DNA of 64,000 bases from Methanobacterium sp. (GCF_016222945.1 NZ_JACRPY010000003.1); one strand, 5' to 3'. Positions 32,155 through 42,425 are shown, counted from the first letter of the stretch. Numbers and translations are program-made. Notes: generated by a model not told the origin, from the sequence alone.

Positions 32155-32946
32155 TTACTTTTTACAGATAATTCTACGGATAAATAATTCTTTCTCTTTA
32201 AGCGAATCATATAACAGGCTATATGCAAGAATATTATCTTGAATTTCTTTATCTGAAAATTTTCCTTTTAATTTATTTTGGATTTCATCTTTTTTTAGGT
32301 GATTGATGATTTCCTTATTATATTGGGCATACTTTTCACTTTCTTCGTCTATTGAAACTATTTTAAATCTTGCTTGGCGAAGCACATCACTATAGTCTTC
32401 TTCTGTGTTTGCAAAAAGGGTTATGCCATCTAATCTCATCATCTCCTTTAATTTATTCCCCCAATGGTCTTTAACCGGACTGAGCCAATCCACTATGATA
32501 AAATAGCTATCATTTTTTAAGATTCGGTAAATTTCTTTAAATAATATCAGTTTATCTTCCACATCTAAGTGAAGAAAAACCTCTTTACTGTAAACCAGGT
32601 GAAAATATTCATCCAGAAAGGGGAGATGATTTATATCATCATAATATAGAAATTTCACTCGACCTGTAAGTTTTTCAGGGACTCTGCGGTTAGCTTCATC
32701 AACCATCATCTCATTAATTTCCACACCGGTGGCTATTGCATTGTATTTTCCAGCAAAATGTATTGCTGCACCACCCAATCCTGAACCTATATCCAGTATT
32801 TTCTTATTATCCAATTGGAAACCCTTTACTGAATGATCAATAGCTTCACTTCCCCCTTCTGATAAGAAACCCTTACCATATGCTTCCTCCAGCAAAGTGC
32901 AAAAATCCTCGGAATATTCCTTTTGAGCCTGGTCAAAATTGTCCAT
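32155..32946 (-). CDS. Class I SAM-dependent methyltransferase
   Basis: ILDIGSGLGGAA motif I. Start set to ATG 32946 (MDNFDQAQ..), preceded by an AGGGGAGATGGAG SD-like stretch. Confidence 0.85.
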   Translation of the reverse strand: MDNFDQAQKEYSEDFCTLLEEAYGKGFLSEGGSEAIDHSVKGFQLDNKKILDIGSGLGGAAIHFAGKYNAIATGVEINEMMVDEANRRVPEKLTGRVKFLYYDDINHLPFLDEYFHLVYSKEVFLHLDVEDKLILFKEIYRILKNDSYFIIVDWLSPVKDHWGNKLKEMMRLDGITLFANTEEDYSDVLRQARFKIVSIDEESEKYAQYNKEIINHLKKDEIQNKLKGKFSDKEIQDNILAYSLLYDSLKEKELFIRRIICKK

Positions 32947-33344
32947 AATTACTCCATCTCCCCTAAAATTCATTGAATAATTTCCAACTTAATAATGCTC
33001 ATTTCCCCTATCTAACTTAAAAACTATCAATTTTTTTGAAAACGGCACAAGTTGTTTTTATTTATATATTAAGATAATTATTAACCTATTCCTCTTATTT
33101 CACATTAAAAAATATGCTGCAATGAATGCCAGAATACAGCTTAAAAGAAGAAATTACATCTTATTTTTAGTTCTATCCTTATGATAATATTTATTAGTTC
33201 GTTAAACATATTGTTATATAATTCTTTGTTGATGAGTCTTAATGTAGCGGTAATGATTTTCAAGAGATTTAAAAAATATTCTCTAAAATAGAAATGCTTT
33301 AGATTTCTAAAAGCAAATGCATCTTTAGATAAAGGTGGTATGAA

Positions 33345-34814
33345 ATGGGTTTTAACATGACCAAAACTGAAAAACTGGCAATAATAGATGTAAAAGCTGA
33401 ATTAAAGCTCTTACCCATGGTTCTTCATGCAGTTCGTGAAGTTAGCCAAAAATATGGGTTAGAAGAAAAATATGCCCGGGACCTTGAACTTGCCACAGAG
33501 GAAGCTTGCCACAATGTTATTGAACATGCATACCCTGATAATGAAAAGGGTTATTATCAAGTTGAAATTCATAAAGAACCCACCAAATTCGTAATCACCG
33601 TTAAAGATCAGGGAATACCTTTCAACCTCAACCTTTTAACCGATGAACAACCGACAGATCTTGGAATAAAGATAATGCGAGCTTATACTGACGAGATAAA
33701 CAGTAAATACTTGGGAAAGGAAGGTAAAGAAGTGGAACTGGTAAAATATCTTCCATTTGAACCCATAGAAGAGCCTGAGCATCCTATAGAAGAGGAGTTA
33801 CTTGCCCCTAAATCTGAAGAAATTTCACTTAGAATTATGCGACCTGATGAGACCGTGGCTTTAGCCAGATGCATCTACAAGGTTTATGGCTATACTTATC
33901 CCCATGAAGACATTTACTATCCTCAAAAGTTCAGTTCTCTCATTGAATCAGGATTGGTTACTTCTTGCGTTACAGTAAACTCAAAAGATGATGTTATTGG
34001 ACATTTAGGAGTTTTCTTGGAGAACCCAGATGATTTGGTAGGAGAATCAGCATTAGCTGCAGTGGATTCACGATATCGAGGTAGGGGAATCTTTCCAAAG
34101 ATGAAAAATTTGATGATGGAACATGTCCAAAAGAAAGGTCTTCTTGGACTTTATAGCCGTGCTGTAACTGTACATGTGGCATCTCAAAAGTCTAACGTAA
34201 AAATGGGGGCTAAAGAGACTGGTTTCGTGTTAGCACATTCACCACCCACTGCTATATTTAAAAAAATGGAAGCAAGTAGTGGAAGTAACCGAAGAACAGT
34301 AGCCCTTTTCTATGTGCCTGTTGCACCTGACCCTGGACATAATGTTTTTTTACCACTAAAACATGGAGATATCCTCAAAAAGATTTATAATCATGGAGAA
34401 TTAAAACGAACTTTCAATCAATCTTCTAATGAAGGATTATCTTTCCATTCACAAATACACTCCCATCTACTTCCAGAGATGAGTAGTGCTTTCCTTAGAG
34501 TAAATAAATTTGGAATAGATTTTCTTGATGAACTCAAGCTTCAAGTAAATGACCTGTGCTATCGTCATGTGGAATTAATTGTACTTGATCTTCCATTAAG
34601 CGATCCTGCCACTGCCCTCCTTTGTCCAGAAATAGAAGATCTGGGATTTTTCTTTAGTGGACTCATGCCAGAATACCTTGATGGAGATGCTCTGCGCCTG
34701 CAATACCTTAACAATGTGATCTTTAATCCAGAAGATGTACAGGTCTACTCAGAATTTGGAAAGGATATATTTTCATATGTAGTAGAAGAATGGAAATCAA
34801 AAAATTATTATTAA
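33345..34814 (+). CDS. Fusion protein: RsbW/SpoIIAB-like HATPase_c kinase domain + GNAT acetyltransferase domain + C-terminal extension
   Basis: The N-terminal roughly 140 aa carry the N-box-like ELATEEACHNVIEHAY and ..DQGIPF... The central region has a GNAT motif-A-like ..AAVDSRYRGRGIFPKMKNLMMEHVQKKG... Confidence 0.65.
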   Translation: MGFNMTKTEKLAIIDVKAELKLLPMVLHAVREVSQKYGLEEKYARDLELATEEACHNVIEHAYPDNEKGYYQVEIHKEPTKFVITVKDQGIPFNLNLLTDEQPTDLGIKIMRAYTDEINSKYLGKEGKEVELVKYLPFEPIEEPEHPIEEELLAPKSEEISLRIMRPDETVALARCIYKVYGYTYPHEDIYYPQKFSSLIESGLVTSCVTVNSKDDVIGHLGVFLENPDDLVGESALAAVDSRYRGRGIFPKMKNLMMEHVQKKGLLGLYSRAVTVHVASQKSNVKMGAKETGFVLAHSPPTAIFKKMEASSGSNRRTVALFYVPVAPDPGHNVFLPLKHGDILKKIYNHGELKRTFNQSSNEGLSFHSQIHSHLLPEMSSAFLRVNKFGIDFLDELKLQVNDLCYRHVELIVLDLPLSDPATALLCPEIEDLGFFFSGLMPEYLDGDALRLQYLNNVIFNPEDVQVYSEFGKDIFSYVVEEWKSKNYY

Positions 34815-34858
34815 TTTTAGGGATAAATTTAATTTAAAGGGGAAGGTGTGGTGAAAAA

Positions 34859-35194
34859 ATGGAAATAGGGAAAAAAAGTGTAGATAATGTGGAGATAATA
34901 CCTCTAAATGGTAGGCTTGATGCCTATTCATCCAGCCAGGTTGAAAAAACCATAAATTCGCTAATCGAGGATGGTAAAATCAAAATTGTGGTTAATTTTA
35001 AAGAGATAGAATACATAAGCAGCTCCGGTTTAAGGGTTATGCTGGCATCGCTTAAAAAATTAAAGAAAATTAACGGAGATATAAAATTAGCCTGTCTTAA
35101 ACCCTATGTACTGGAAGTTTTTGAAATAGCAGGTTTTACACACCTTTTTGATATTTATGAAAGTGAAGAAGAAGCAGTGAACAGTCTTCAATGA
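34859..35194 (+). CDS. STAS-domain anti-sigma-factor-antagonist-like protein (RsbV/SpoIIAA family)
   Basis: 111 aa. ..FKEIEYISSSGLRVML.. contains the conserved phosphorylatable Ser context (Ser55, 35021..35023). Confidence 0.85.
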   Translation: MEIGKKSVDNVEIIPLNGRLDAYSSSQVEKTINSLIEDGKIKIVVNFKEIEYISSSGLRVMLASLKKLKKINGDIKLACLKPYVLEVFEIAGFTHLFDIYESEEEAVNSLQ

Positions 35195-35209
35195 ATAAGG
35201 TGAAGACAT

Positions 35210-36931
35210 ATGAAAATCACCACTGCACAGCTTTTTTTACTTTATTTGGAAGGTGAAGGTGTAGAATACATCTTCGGAGTTCCAGGTACATCATTAGTCC
35301 CTCTATACGATGCTTTAAACAAGCAGGATGCAATTAAACCTATTTTAAGTAAACATGAAGAAGGCGCGGCTTTTATGGCTGATGGTTATGCCAGAGTAAG
35401 TGGTAAACTCGGCGTCTGTTATGCTACATCCGGTCCAGGTTCAACGAATCTTGTTACTGGTGTTGCCAATGCTTATATGGATAATATCCCTCTTCTGGTT
35501 ATAACTGGCCAGGTCCCTACCAATATTTATGGCAAAGGAACATTTCAAGACTCCACTAAAGAGGGTATTGATTCTGTAGCCATGTTCGATACAATGACCA
35601 AATTCAGTGAAATGATAATTTCCAGATATAAAATGCCCGAAACGTTAAGGGAAGCTATAAGAATAGCTTTTAGCGGTAAAAAAGGCCCTGTACATATAAG
35701 TTATCCTAAAGATATTATGCAAGAGGAGATTGAAGATACTCTGCTACCGCCCCGTAGTTATAGGGTAGAATCCAACTATTTCGATCGGAGATTAGTTGTT
35801 GAAACTTCCCAAAAGCTTATAAATGCAAAAAAACCTGCAATGTTGATTGGTTCTGGAGTTATAGCTTCAAATGCAACCATGGAGGTTTTTGAACTTGCAG
35901 AAATGCTCAATATTCCTGTGGCCACAACCCCCAAAGCAAAAGGGGCGTTCCCAGAAGATCATCCTCTTTCCCTGGGTGTTTTTGGATTCAGCGGATCTCC
36001 AGCAGCGACTGAATATTTAAAAAGCGATATAGACGTTCTTTTAGTAGTAGGCTCCAGTTTAAATCAGATGACCACCTTATCATGGGATCCTAAACTTCAA
36101 CCCAGTGAAACCATGATTCATATTAACATTGACCCTGCAGACATTGGAAAAAACTATGTTGCAGATATTGGATTGGTAGGAGACTGTCAAACCGTTTTAA
36201 ATGAAATTTCATTTCGTATTTTACGAGAATTACAAAAACATGACTTTCAAAAGGAAAGACCAACTGAAAACATTGTTAAATTCAAAGAAAGTGTGGGAAA
36301 GTATATTGATGAGGATAAAATGTTTTCTGAATCTGTGCCTATAAAACCCCAGGCTTTAACCAGGGAAATTCAAGAAAATCTGCCTGATGATGCCATTGTT
36401 TTCATTGATGTAGGTAACATCTTATGCTGGTCAATTCATTACATGCAATTTAAAAGTCCGAATATAATACCTCCATTTGGATTTCTTCCCATGGGATATG
36501 CAACTTCTGCTGCAATTGGAGGAAAGCTTGCAGCTCCCGAAAAACCTGTGATTGCCATTGTAGGAGATGGATGCTTCCAGATGAATGGAATGGAGATAGC
36601 AACTGCTGTAAATCATGATATACCTGTTGTTTGGATTGTTCAAAACAACTCCAAGTTGGGACTGGTGCATGAGCTTCAAAGATTTGATTTGGGAGATAAA
36701 ACTGTTTCTACAACATTTAAAGAAGTTAATCTGGCAAAAGTAGCTGAAGGATTAGGTGCTAAAGGATATAGAATAAAAAAACCCGGAGAAATATCCGATA
36801 TTCTTCCAAAAGCAATAGAAAGCCAGATACCTACAGTAATAGATGTAATCATCGACCCAGATGAAGTTCCACCCTTAGAAAGTTGGGTTAAAGGTGTAAG
36901 AGAGCTTGGCTCAAGATTAGACTATTTATAA
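35210..36931 (+). CDS. Thiamine-diphosphate-dependent enzyme, acetolactate synthase large-subunit-like
   Basis: 573 aa. N-terminal ..GVEYIFGVPGTS.., ..GPGSTNLVTGVANAY.., and C-terminal TPP-binding ..GDGCFQMNGMEIATA..N... Confidence 0.85.
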   Translation: MKITTAQLFLLYLEGEGVEYIFGVPGTSLVPLYDALNKQDAIKPILSKHEEGAAFMADGYARVSGKLGVCYATSGPGSTNLVTGVANAYMDNIPLLVITGQVPTNIYGKGTFQDSTKEGIDSVAMFDTMTKFSEMIISRYKMPETLREAIRIAFSGKKGPVHISYPKDIMQEEIEDTLLPPRSYRVESNYFDRRLVVETSQKLINAKKPAMLIGSGVIASNATMEVFELAEMLNIPVATTPKAKGAFPEDHPLSLGVFGFSGSPAATEYLKSDIDVLLVVGSSLNQMTTLSWDPKLQPSETMIHINIDPADIGKNYVADIGLVGDCQTVLNEISFRILRELQKHDFQKERPTENIVKFKESVGKYIDEDKMFSESVPIKPQALTREIQENLPDDAIVFIDVGNILCWSIHYMQFKSPNIIPPFGFLPMGYATSAAIGGKLAAPEKPVIAIVGDGCFQMNGMEIATAVNHDIPVVWIVQNNSKLGLVHELQRFDLGDKTVSTTFKEVNLAKVAEGLGAKGYRIKKPGEISDILPKAIESQIPTVIDVIIDPDEVPPLESWVKGVRELGSRLDYL

Positions 36932-36972
36932 TTTTTTCAAAAATTTAAAATACAATCAAAAATCCCCTAAAA

Positions 36973-38334
36973 GTGAAAAAAATGGATGTCACTATAGATT
37001 TCCTGCTAAGTCTCTTGGAAAAGATGTGTGTATTCATAGTTATAGCATATTTGATAACCCGCACGAAATTATTTACCAGAATATTAGACCGTGAATTCTC
37101 AATAAAAACCATGGTTATTTTTATATCCATCTTTGGGATTATCACCATATTTTCCATTGCCTCAGGAATAGATATATTTGATACCGAAGCTGACATGGCA
37201 GAGCTAGCTCCTATGGTGGCAGGTCTGGTGGGAGGCCCCATTATTGGCCTAGCAGTAGGTGTCATTGGAGGTATTTCCCGTTATTTGGCAGGTGGTCCTG
37301 CCAGTTTAATTCTTTCCATTTCAATCATGCTTTCGGGGTTGTTTGCTGGAATAATCTACATGTTAAATCAGCGAAAATTCATAGGGATGTTGGGTTCAGT
37401 TGTATATTCGCTTTTAATGGGCTCTTTAACTATCTTGCTTGTGGTTTATTACTATCCTGACGAGTTCAACTACATCATATATCTAGGTTTACCATTGGTT
37501 TTCTCTAATACGTTAGGAATACTTATATTTGGATTCATAATCTCCAATTTGATAAAAGAAATAGAAACATCCGGTGAACGCGATAAATACTTCAAAGAAT
37601 TGGAACAAAAGAAAAAAGAACTACAGATCGCCCGAAATATTCAAAAAAGTTTCCTTCCAAAGGAGATACCTCAACCCAAGAATTTTGACTTGGATGCAAT
37701 AAATATACCTGCTTTGGAGGTAGGGGGTGACTTTTATGATTTCATTCCCATAGGTAAAGAAGAAATGGGGCTAGTAATCGCAGATGTTTCAGGAAAAGGT
37801 GTACCTGCTGCGCTTTTCATGGCTTTTTCTCGAACTGTAATCAGGGCAAAGACAACTGAAACTCAAAAAGCCATTGATATTATAAAGAATGCCAATCGCC
37901 TCATCACTTCGGAAGCTGAGTCAGGTATGTTTGTAACGCTCTTTTATGGCATTCTAAATTGCATAGAAAGAACATTTACATATGTTAATGCAGGGCATAA
38001 CCCTCCCTTAATATTTAAATCAAAAACTGATCGCATTAAAATCCTTAAAACAGAAGGAATTGCAATAGGTGCACTTGAAGAAGTGATATTTGAAGAGAAG
38101 AAAATAAAACTTGAAACTGGTGATATGATAATATTTTATACTGACGGCGTAACAGAAGCCTTAAATAATGAAGAGGAACAATTTGGTGATAAAAGGTTAT
38201 TTAAGCTTTTAAAGGAGAATAAAGATTTATCCCCAAGTAAAATGGTAAGTAAAATAATAGATGAAGTAGAGGAATTCTCTGGAGGAAGAACACAGTTTGA
38301 TGACATTACCCTTATGGTTTTAAAAGCCACATAA
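36973..38334 (+). CDS. Membrane sensor PP2C phosphatase (5TM LytS-type receptor domain + SpoIIE/RsbU domain)
   Basis: N-terminal TM bundle with Gly-rich ..GLVGGPIIGLAVGVIGGISRYLAGG... The C-terminal part has ARNIQKSFLP..GGDFYDF..VIADVSGKGVPAALFMA..NAGHNPP..FYTDGVTEA..DDITLMVLK. The true start may be ATG 36982. Confidence 0.85.
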   Translation: MKKMDVTIDFLLSLLEKMCVFIVIAYLITRTKLFTRILDREFSIKTMVIFISIFGIITIFSIASGIDIFDTEADMAELAPMVAGLVGGPIIGLAVGVIGGISRYLAGGPASLILSISIMLSGLFAGIIYMLNQRKFIGMLGSVVYSLLMGSLTILLVVYYYPDEFNYIIYLGLPLVFSNTLGILIFGFIISNLIKEIETSGERDKYFKELEQKKKELQIARNIQKSFLPKEIPQPKNFDLDAINIPALEVGGDFYDFIPIGKEEMGLVIADVSGKGVPAALFMAFSRTVIRAKTTETQKAIDIIKNANRLITSEAESGMFVTLFYGILNCIERTFTYVNAGHNPPLIFKSKTDRIKILKTEGIAIGALEEVIFEEKKIKLETGDMIIFYTDGVTEALNNEEEQFGDKRLFKLLKENKDLSPSKMVSKIIDEVEEFSGGRTQFDDITLMVLKAT

Positions 38335-38386
38335 CTATTTAGAAAATCTTTTTGATTATAAATATGTAAAAATGGAGTGATTTTTG

Positions 38387-38818
38387 ATGAAATTAAATTT
38401 CCAACTGGAGACAGATGCAAAACTCGAAAATTTAGCCATGATTGCAGATTTCATCTTTCATTCCATGAATGATTTTGATTTAGATGAAAAAACAGTGCAT
38501 CAAATTCAAATAGCAGTTGATGAGGCCTGTACTAATATAATAAATCATGCATATCCTCAAAAAAAAGGAAAAATCCATATTATCTGCTTTAAAAAAGAAG
38601 AACAGATTCTAATAGTTATAGAAGACTGGGGGAAGTCATGGGACCCTCAATCAGTTAAACCTCCAGATCTTAAATCCGGTTTTAAAGAACGTCAAATCGG
38701 AGGTCTGGGAATACATTTCATCAAAACCTTTATGGATCATGTCAAATATCATGAGGAAAATGGTAAAAACGTTTTAACCATGATAAAATCATTTAATAGT
38801 AAAATTAAGCTTAAATAA
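38387..38818 (+). CDS. RsbW/SpoIIAB-like anti-sigma-type serine protein kinase (stand-alone HATPase_c)
   Basis: ..IAVDEACTNIINHAY..IEDWGKSWDP..GGLGIHFIKTFMD... ATG 38387 lies 6 nt after GGAGTGA (the track TTG at 38384 is adjacent). Confidence 0.8.
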   Translation: MKLNFQLETDAKLENLAMIADFIFHSMNDFDLDEKTVHQIQIAVDEACTNIINHAYPQKKGKIHIICFKKEEQILIVIEDWGKSWDPQSVKPPDLKSGFKERQIGGLGIHFIKTFMDHVKYHEENGKNVLTMIKSFNSKIKLK

Positions 38819-38873
38819 AGGAGTTAAAAAATAAATGATATTGATAATGGGAATTGAAATAGAGAGGGATTGA

Positions 38874-40175
38874 ATGTATCATAACCAATACCAAAAAAAA
38901 TTGACTAATCCTGATGATGCTGTAAAATCAATCAGAGAAGGTGATATGCTGGTTCACGGATTAACCATGGCTGAACCACCAGCATTATTAAGGGCAGTTG
39001 CTTCACGACTTAAATCAGGTGAAATTAAACATATGAAGGTCTTTTCTATACTTCCTTTGGCCCATGCTTGCTCCACAGTTCTAGCTTCAGATTTAGTTGA
39101 TTGCGTTGAGGCCTACAGTGGGTTTGTTGATGGAGGTACAAGAGGATTAGTAAGCACAGGACTTAATTATTATGTGCCAAATCATCTACACCAAGTTCCA
39201 AGACTTTTAGAAGAGTTCATTGGAGTAGATGTATGTATAACTACAGTATCCCCTATGGACGATTCTGGTTATTTCTCATTTGGAACAGCCAATGATTTCA
39301 CTTCAAAAGCAGCAAGGGCAGCAAGGGTTTTGATAGTTGAAGTAAATCGGAACATGCCTCGAGTTTTTGGTGAATCTCTTCTCCATATTTCAGAAGTAGA
39401 TGCCGTTGTAGAAAATCATGAGCCAATTCCAGACTTTCCAACCGGTAAAATGCTACCTGAAGCTGAAACCATTGGAAAAATCATATCCCAAATGGTTCCT
39501 GACGGTGCTACATTACAAATGGGAATAGGTGTTCTGCCAGATGCCGTTGCCAAATATCTGGATAACCACTCTGATCTTGGCATTCATACAGAGGTTTTTG
39601 GACCTGGAATGGTGGATCTTATAAAGAAAGGAGTTATCACTGGCGAGAGAAAAACGTTACATCCTCGAAAACATGTCTTCACCGTGGCTCAGGGGAATCA
39701 GGAGATGTTGGAGTTTATGGATAATAATCCAGCCATGGTCAGCTATCCTTGTTCTTATGTCAATAGCCCTGCAATAATAGCAAAAAATGACCGAATGATA
39801 TCTATAAATTCTCTTCTCCAGGTTGACTTGTTAGGGCAATGCAATGCAGAATATCTATCCGGCCACCAGTACAGCGGCACAGGAGGTCAACTAGACTTTG
39901 TAAGGGGTGCTTTTGACTCGAAAGATGGGAAGTCTATATTAGCTTTTTATTCCACCGCCAAAGGTGGTACTATTTCTAGGGTGGTAGACCGTTTAGATCC
40001 AGGAGCTATGGTAACAACGCCCAGAATGGACACGCATTATTTGGTAACTGAATTCGGCGTGGCTAATCTCAAGGGTAAGTCCACTAGAGACAGGGCACTG
40101 GCAATCATCGATATTGCACACCCCAAATTCCGGGATGACCTTATAAAGCGTGCCGAGGATATGTATTTGCTGTAA
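38874..40175 (+). CDS. Acetyl-CoA hydrolase/transferase family protein (4-hydroxybutyrate/butyryl-CoA:acetate CoA-transferase-like)
   Basis: 433 aa. ..INSLLQVDLLGQCNAE..YSGTGGQLDFVRGA.. is characteristic of the family. Confidence 0.85.
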   Translation: MYHNQYQKKLTNPDDAVKSIREGDMLVHGLTMAEPPALLRAVASRLKSGEIKHMKVFSILPLAHACSTVLASDLVDCVEAYSGFVDGGTRGLVSTGLNYYVPNHLHQVPRLLEEFIGVDVCITTVSPMDDSGYFSFGTANDFTSKAARAARVLIVEVNRNMPRVFGESLLHISEVDAVVENHEPIPDFPTGKMLPEAETIGKIISQMVPDGATLQMGIGVLPDAVAKYLDNHSDLGIHTEVFGPGMVDLIKKGVITGERKTLHPRKHVFTVAQGNQEMLEFMDNNPAMVSYPCSYVNSPAIIAKNDRMISINSLLQVDLLGQCNAEYLSGHQYSGTGGQLDFVRGAFDSKDGKSILAFYSTAKGGTISRVVDRLDPGAMVTTPRMDTHYLVTEFGVANLKGKSTRDRALAIIDIAHPKFRDDLIKRAEDMYLL

Positions 40176-40502
40176 AAACTTTATTTATAAAACCTCTTGA
40201 AAATCAATAAAATCAGTATTAAAAAAAAGGAACAATAAAACTAACATAAGATATTATAATACGAAGTATCCGGTTATTTCCGAATTAGTTAAGAAAAATA
40301 TACTAAGATTTATCCAAGTATATTTCTGTGAAAGACTCAAATGTAAAATATTCATTGGATGAGTTCCGAAAACTACAAAGACAAAACAACCGGCTATGTG
40401 ACATATTTTCTAAGATGAAAAAAGAGTTAAAAGAATTGAAAGGTAATATATAGTTTTTTTTGCGAATATTTTGATGTTCGATTTAATCTAAAGATGTTTA
40501 CA

Positions 40503-41711
40503 TTATACTACTTTTTCTTTAGTCTTAGCGTGTCGTAAGATTAATGCAATAAGCGGGAAAAGAATTACAGATATTATAGCTGCTCCAACAAGATCTGCAG
40601 CATTAGTTGGTTGCATTGCTCCGCTTTTTACTGCTAAAGTTGTTATGACAATTACAAGAGGTAGTTGAGTTGCAGAAAATAGAGCTAGGGGAACTTGTTC
40701 AGCTTTTGATAGTATTTTTCTGTAGATGACCATTGCTGGTAATCCTCTGGCAATTAAGAATGAGATAATGAATATTGGAACCATTAAAATGCTTGTGGGA
40801 CTAGTTAAAAATGCTATTAAATCGAAATTTATTCCACTTACAATGAAGAAAATTGGAATTAATAATCCAAAACCAATACCTTCAAATTTAATCCTCATAT
40901 TTTCAATGTCCTTATCTTCCTTATTTTTTGCCATTTTTATTATTTCTGAGAGAATAATTCCAGCTGTAAATGCCCCAAAGAGGAAATCTATTCCAGAATT
41001 CATGCTAATGAAAATTAAAGCAACTAATAGTAAAATTGAAAGTCTTAAAGCCAACTGACCACTGGTATTCATGGTTTTTCTCATTAAATCAACTATATAT
41101 GGAGGTTGCCATCGTCTTACTGTAATTAATATTAAAAATGCAATTATGATAAATAAAATAACTAATAACAAGCTACTGAAGTTATCATAAACTTTATTAA
41201 AAAATAAGGCCAGAATAGTCAAAGGTGCAAATTCACCTATTACTCCTGCTGCAAAAACAAATCTACCGAAATTAGAGTTTAATTCTCCTTCATCCCTTAA
41301 AATAGGAACCAATACCCCCACTGCAGTTGTGCTCATGGCTAAACCAATGAAAATAAATGAAATAACCAGTCCACTGGCCTGTAGAATGCCTCCAATGAGT
41401 AATGCAATTAATAATGATAAAATCCAGCCTATGAATGCATATTTCAGGGGCTTACCCTTTATAAGATCAATATCAATCTCAAAACCAGCCAGGAAAAATA
41501 GAAATGCCAGACCAAAGTAGCTTAAATCGGTTATGGTAGGATCAAGATGAACTAATCCCAGTACCTGTGGGCCAATAATGATACCTAAACAAATTTCAAG
41601 CACTACCACAGGTAATTTAAACCGAGGGATTGCACTGGCAATTATCGGGGCTAAAATAGCTACTATGAAAATAATTGAAAGATTATAAAAAGTACCAGTT
41701 AATTCTATCAT
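40503..41711 (-). CDS. Cation:proton antiporter (CPA2/Kef-NapA type)
   Basis: 402 aa, about 12 TM. N-terminal ..VVLEICLGIIIGPQVLGL.. is typical of the Na_H_exchanger family. Confidence 0.8.
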   Translation of the reverse strand: MIELTGTFYNLSIIFIVAILAPIIASAIPRFKLPVVVLEICLGIIIGPQVLGLVHLDPTITDLSYFGLAFLFFLAGFEIDIDLIKGKPLKYAFIGWILSLLIALLIGGILQASGLVISFIFIGLAMSTTAVGVLVPILRDEGELNSNFGRFVFAAGVIGEFAPLTILALFFNKVYDNFSSLLLVILFIIIAFLILITVRRWQPPYIVDLMRKTMNTSGQLALRLSILLLVALIFISMNSGIDFLFGAFTAGIILSEIIKMAKNKEDKDIENMRIKFEGIGFGLLIPIFFIVSGINFDLIAFLTSPTSILMVPIFIISFLIARGLPAMVIYRKILSKAEQVPLALFSATQLPLVIVITTLAVKSGAMQPTNAADLVGAAIISVILFPLIALILRHAKTKEKVV

Positions 41712-41956
41712 GCCATGCCCAACTTCTTACCGTTATTCTTTAAAATCCTTAATTTGATATTCAGTCCCCATGCTTAAATTAATTTCTAAAAAATAATAGA
41801 TATAATTTAAGAATTATAAAAGTTATTTAATGGAATAAGAGAGAATAATCTACTTTCTATTTCACTTTCTAAAATCATAGATTTTGACAATAATTTTTAG
41901 AATAAATAAAAACTTATTTAATTGAAAATTTAAACTCTTATTTGAGTTGATAAAAA

Positions 41957-42337
41957 ATGGACTTAAAACTTATAGGACTAACCGCTCTCGTAAATGCTGC
42001 TTTAACTATTGTCTTATCAATAATCTTCTTTCCTCTCTTAGTTTTAGGCCCGCTTATTGGAGGATTCTTAGCATCTTACCTTAGCAAAGGATTTGAAGAT
42101 TATGATAAAATGGATGAAAAAGATGGAATGGTTGTAGGGGCAATTTCAGGATTAATTGGTGGTTTAATAATAGGTTTATTATCTATTCTGGGCATTGGAA
42201 ATATAAGTAACGTCATAGAAGTAATGGCAATCAACAATATATTTATCAGCAGCTTTATTATCCTTCAATTGTCGTTAATCATTAGTTTTATTTTAGGATT
42301 AGTGGGAGGAGTCGTAGGGATCCTTATGAAAAAGTAA
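41957..42337 (+). CDS. Small Gly-rich membrane protein
   Basis: 126 aa with 3-4 TM helices. No firm family assignment. Confidence 0.45.
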   Translation: MDLKLIGLTALVNAALTIVLSIIFFPLLVLGPLIGGFLASYLSKGFEDYDKMDEKDGMVVGAISGLIGGLIIGLLSILGIGNISNVIEVMAINNIFISSFIILQLSLIISFILGLVGGVVGILMKK

Positions 42338-42425
42338 ATGTTCCAAAAAGAGACGGTTGTGTTAAATCACATCTCAAAACGTCTTATTTTGTTTATGATA
42401 ATTTATTTATATGGAACCATTTGCT

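Noticed and set aside
31931-32242. 103-aa plus-strand ORF spanning the HD-gene start, the intergenic region and the methyltransferase 3' end.
   Set aside because: It runs antisense to two supported genes. Its central part is the repeated intergenic box (MWLKIVEFNE..) and it has no SD.
40327-40452. A GTG-initiated roughly 41-codon ORF (KDSNVKYSLDEFRKLQRQNNRLCDIFSKMKKELKELKGNI) downstream of the CoA-transferase gene.
   Set aside because: It has no SD and no recognisable homology, and its composition is typical of AT-rich intergenic sequence.
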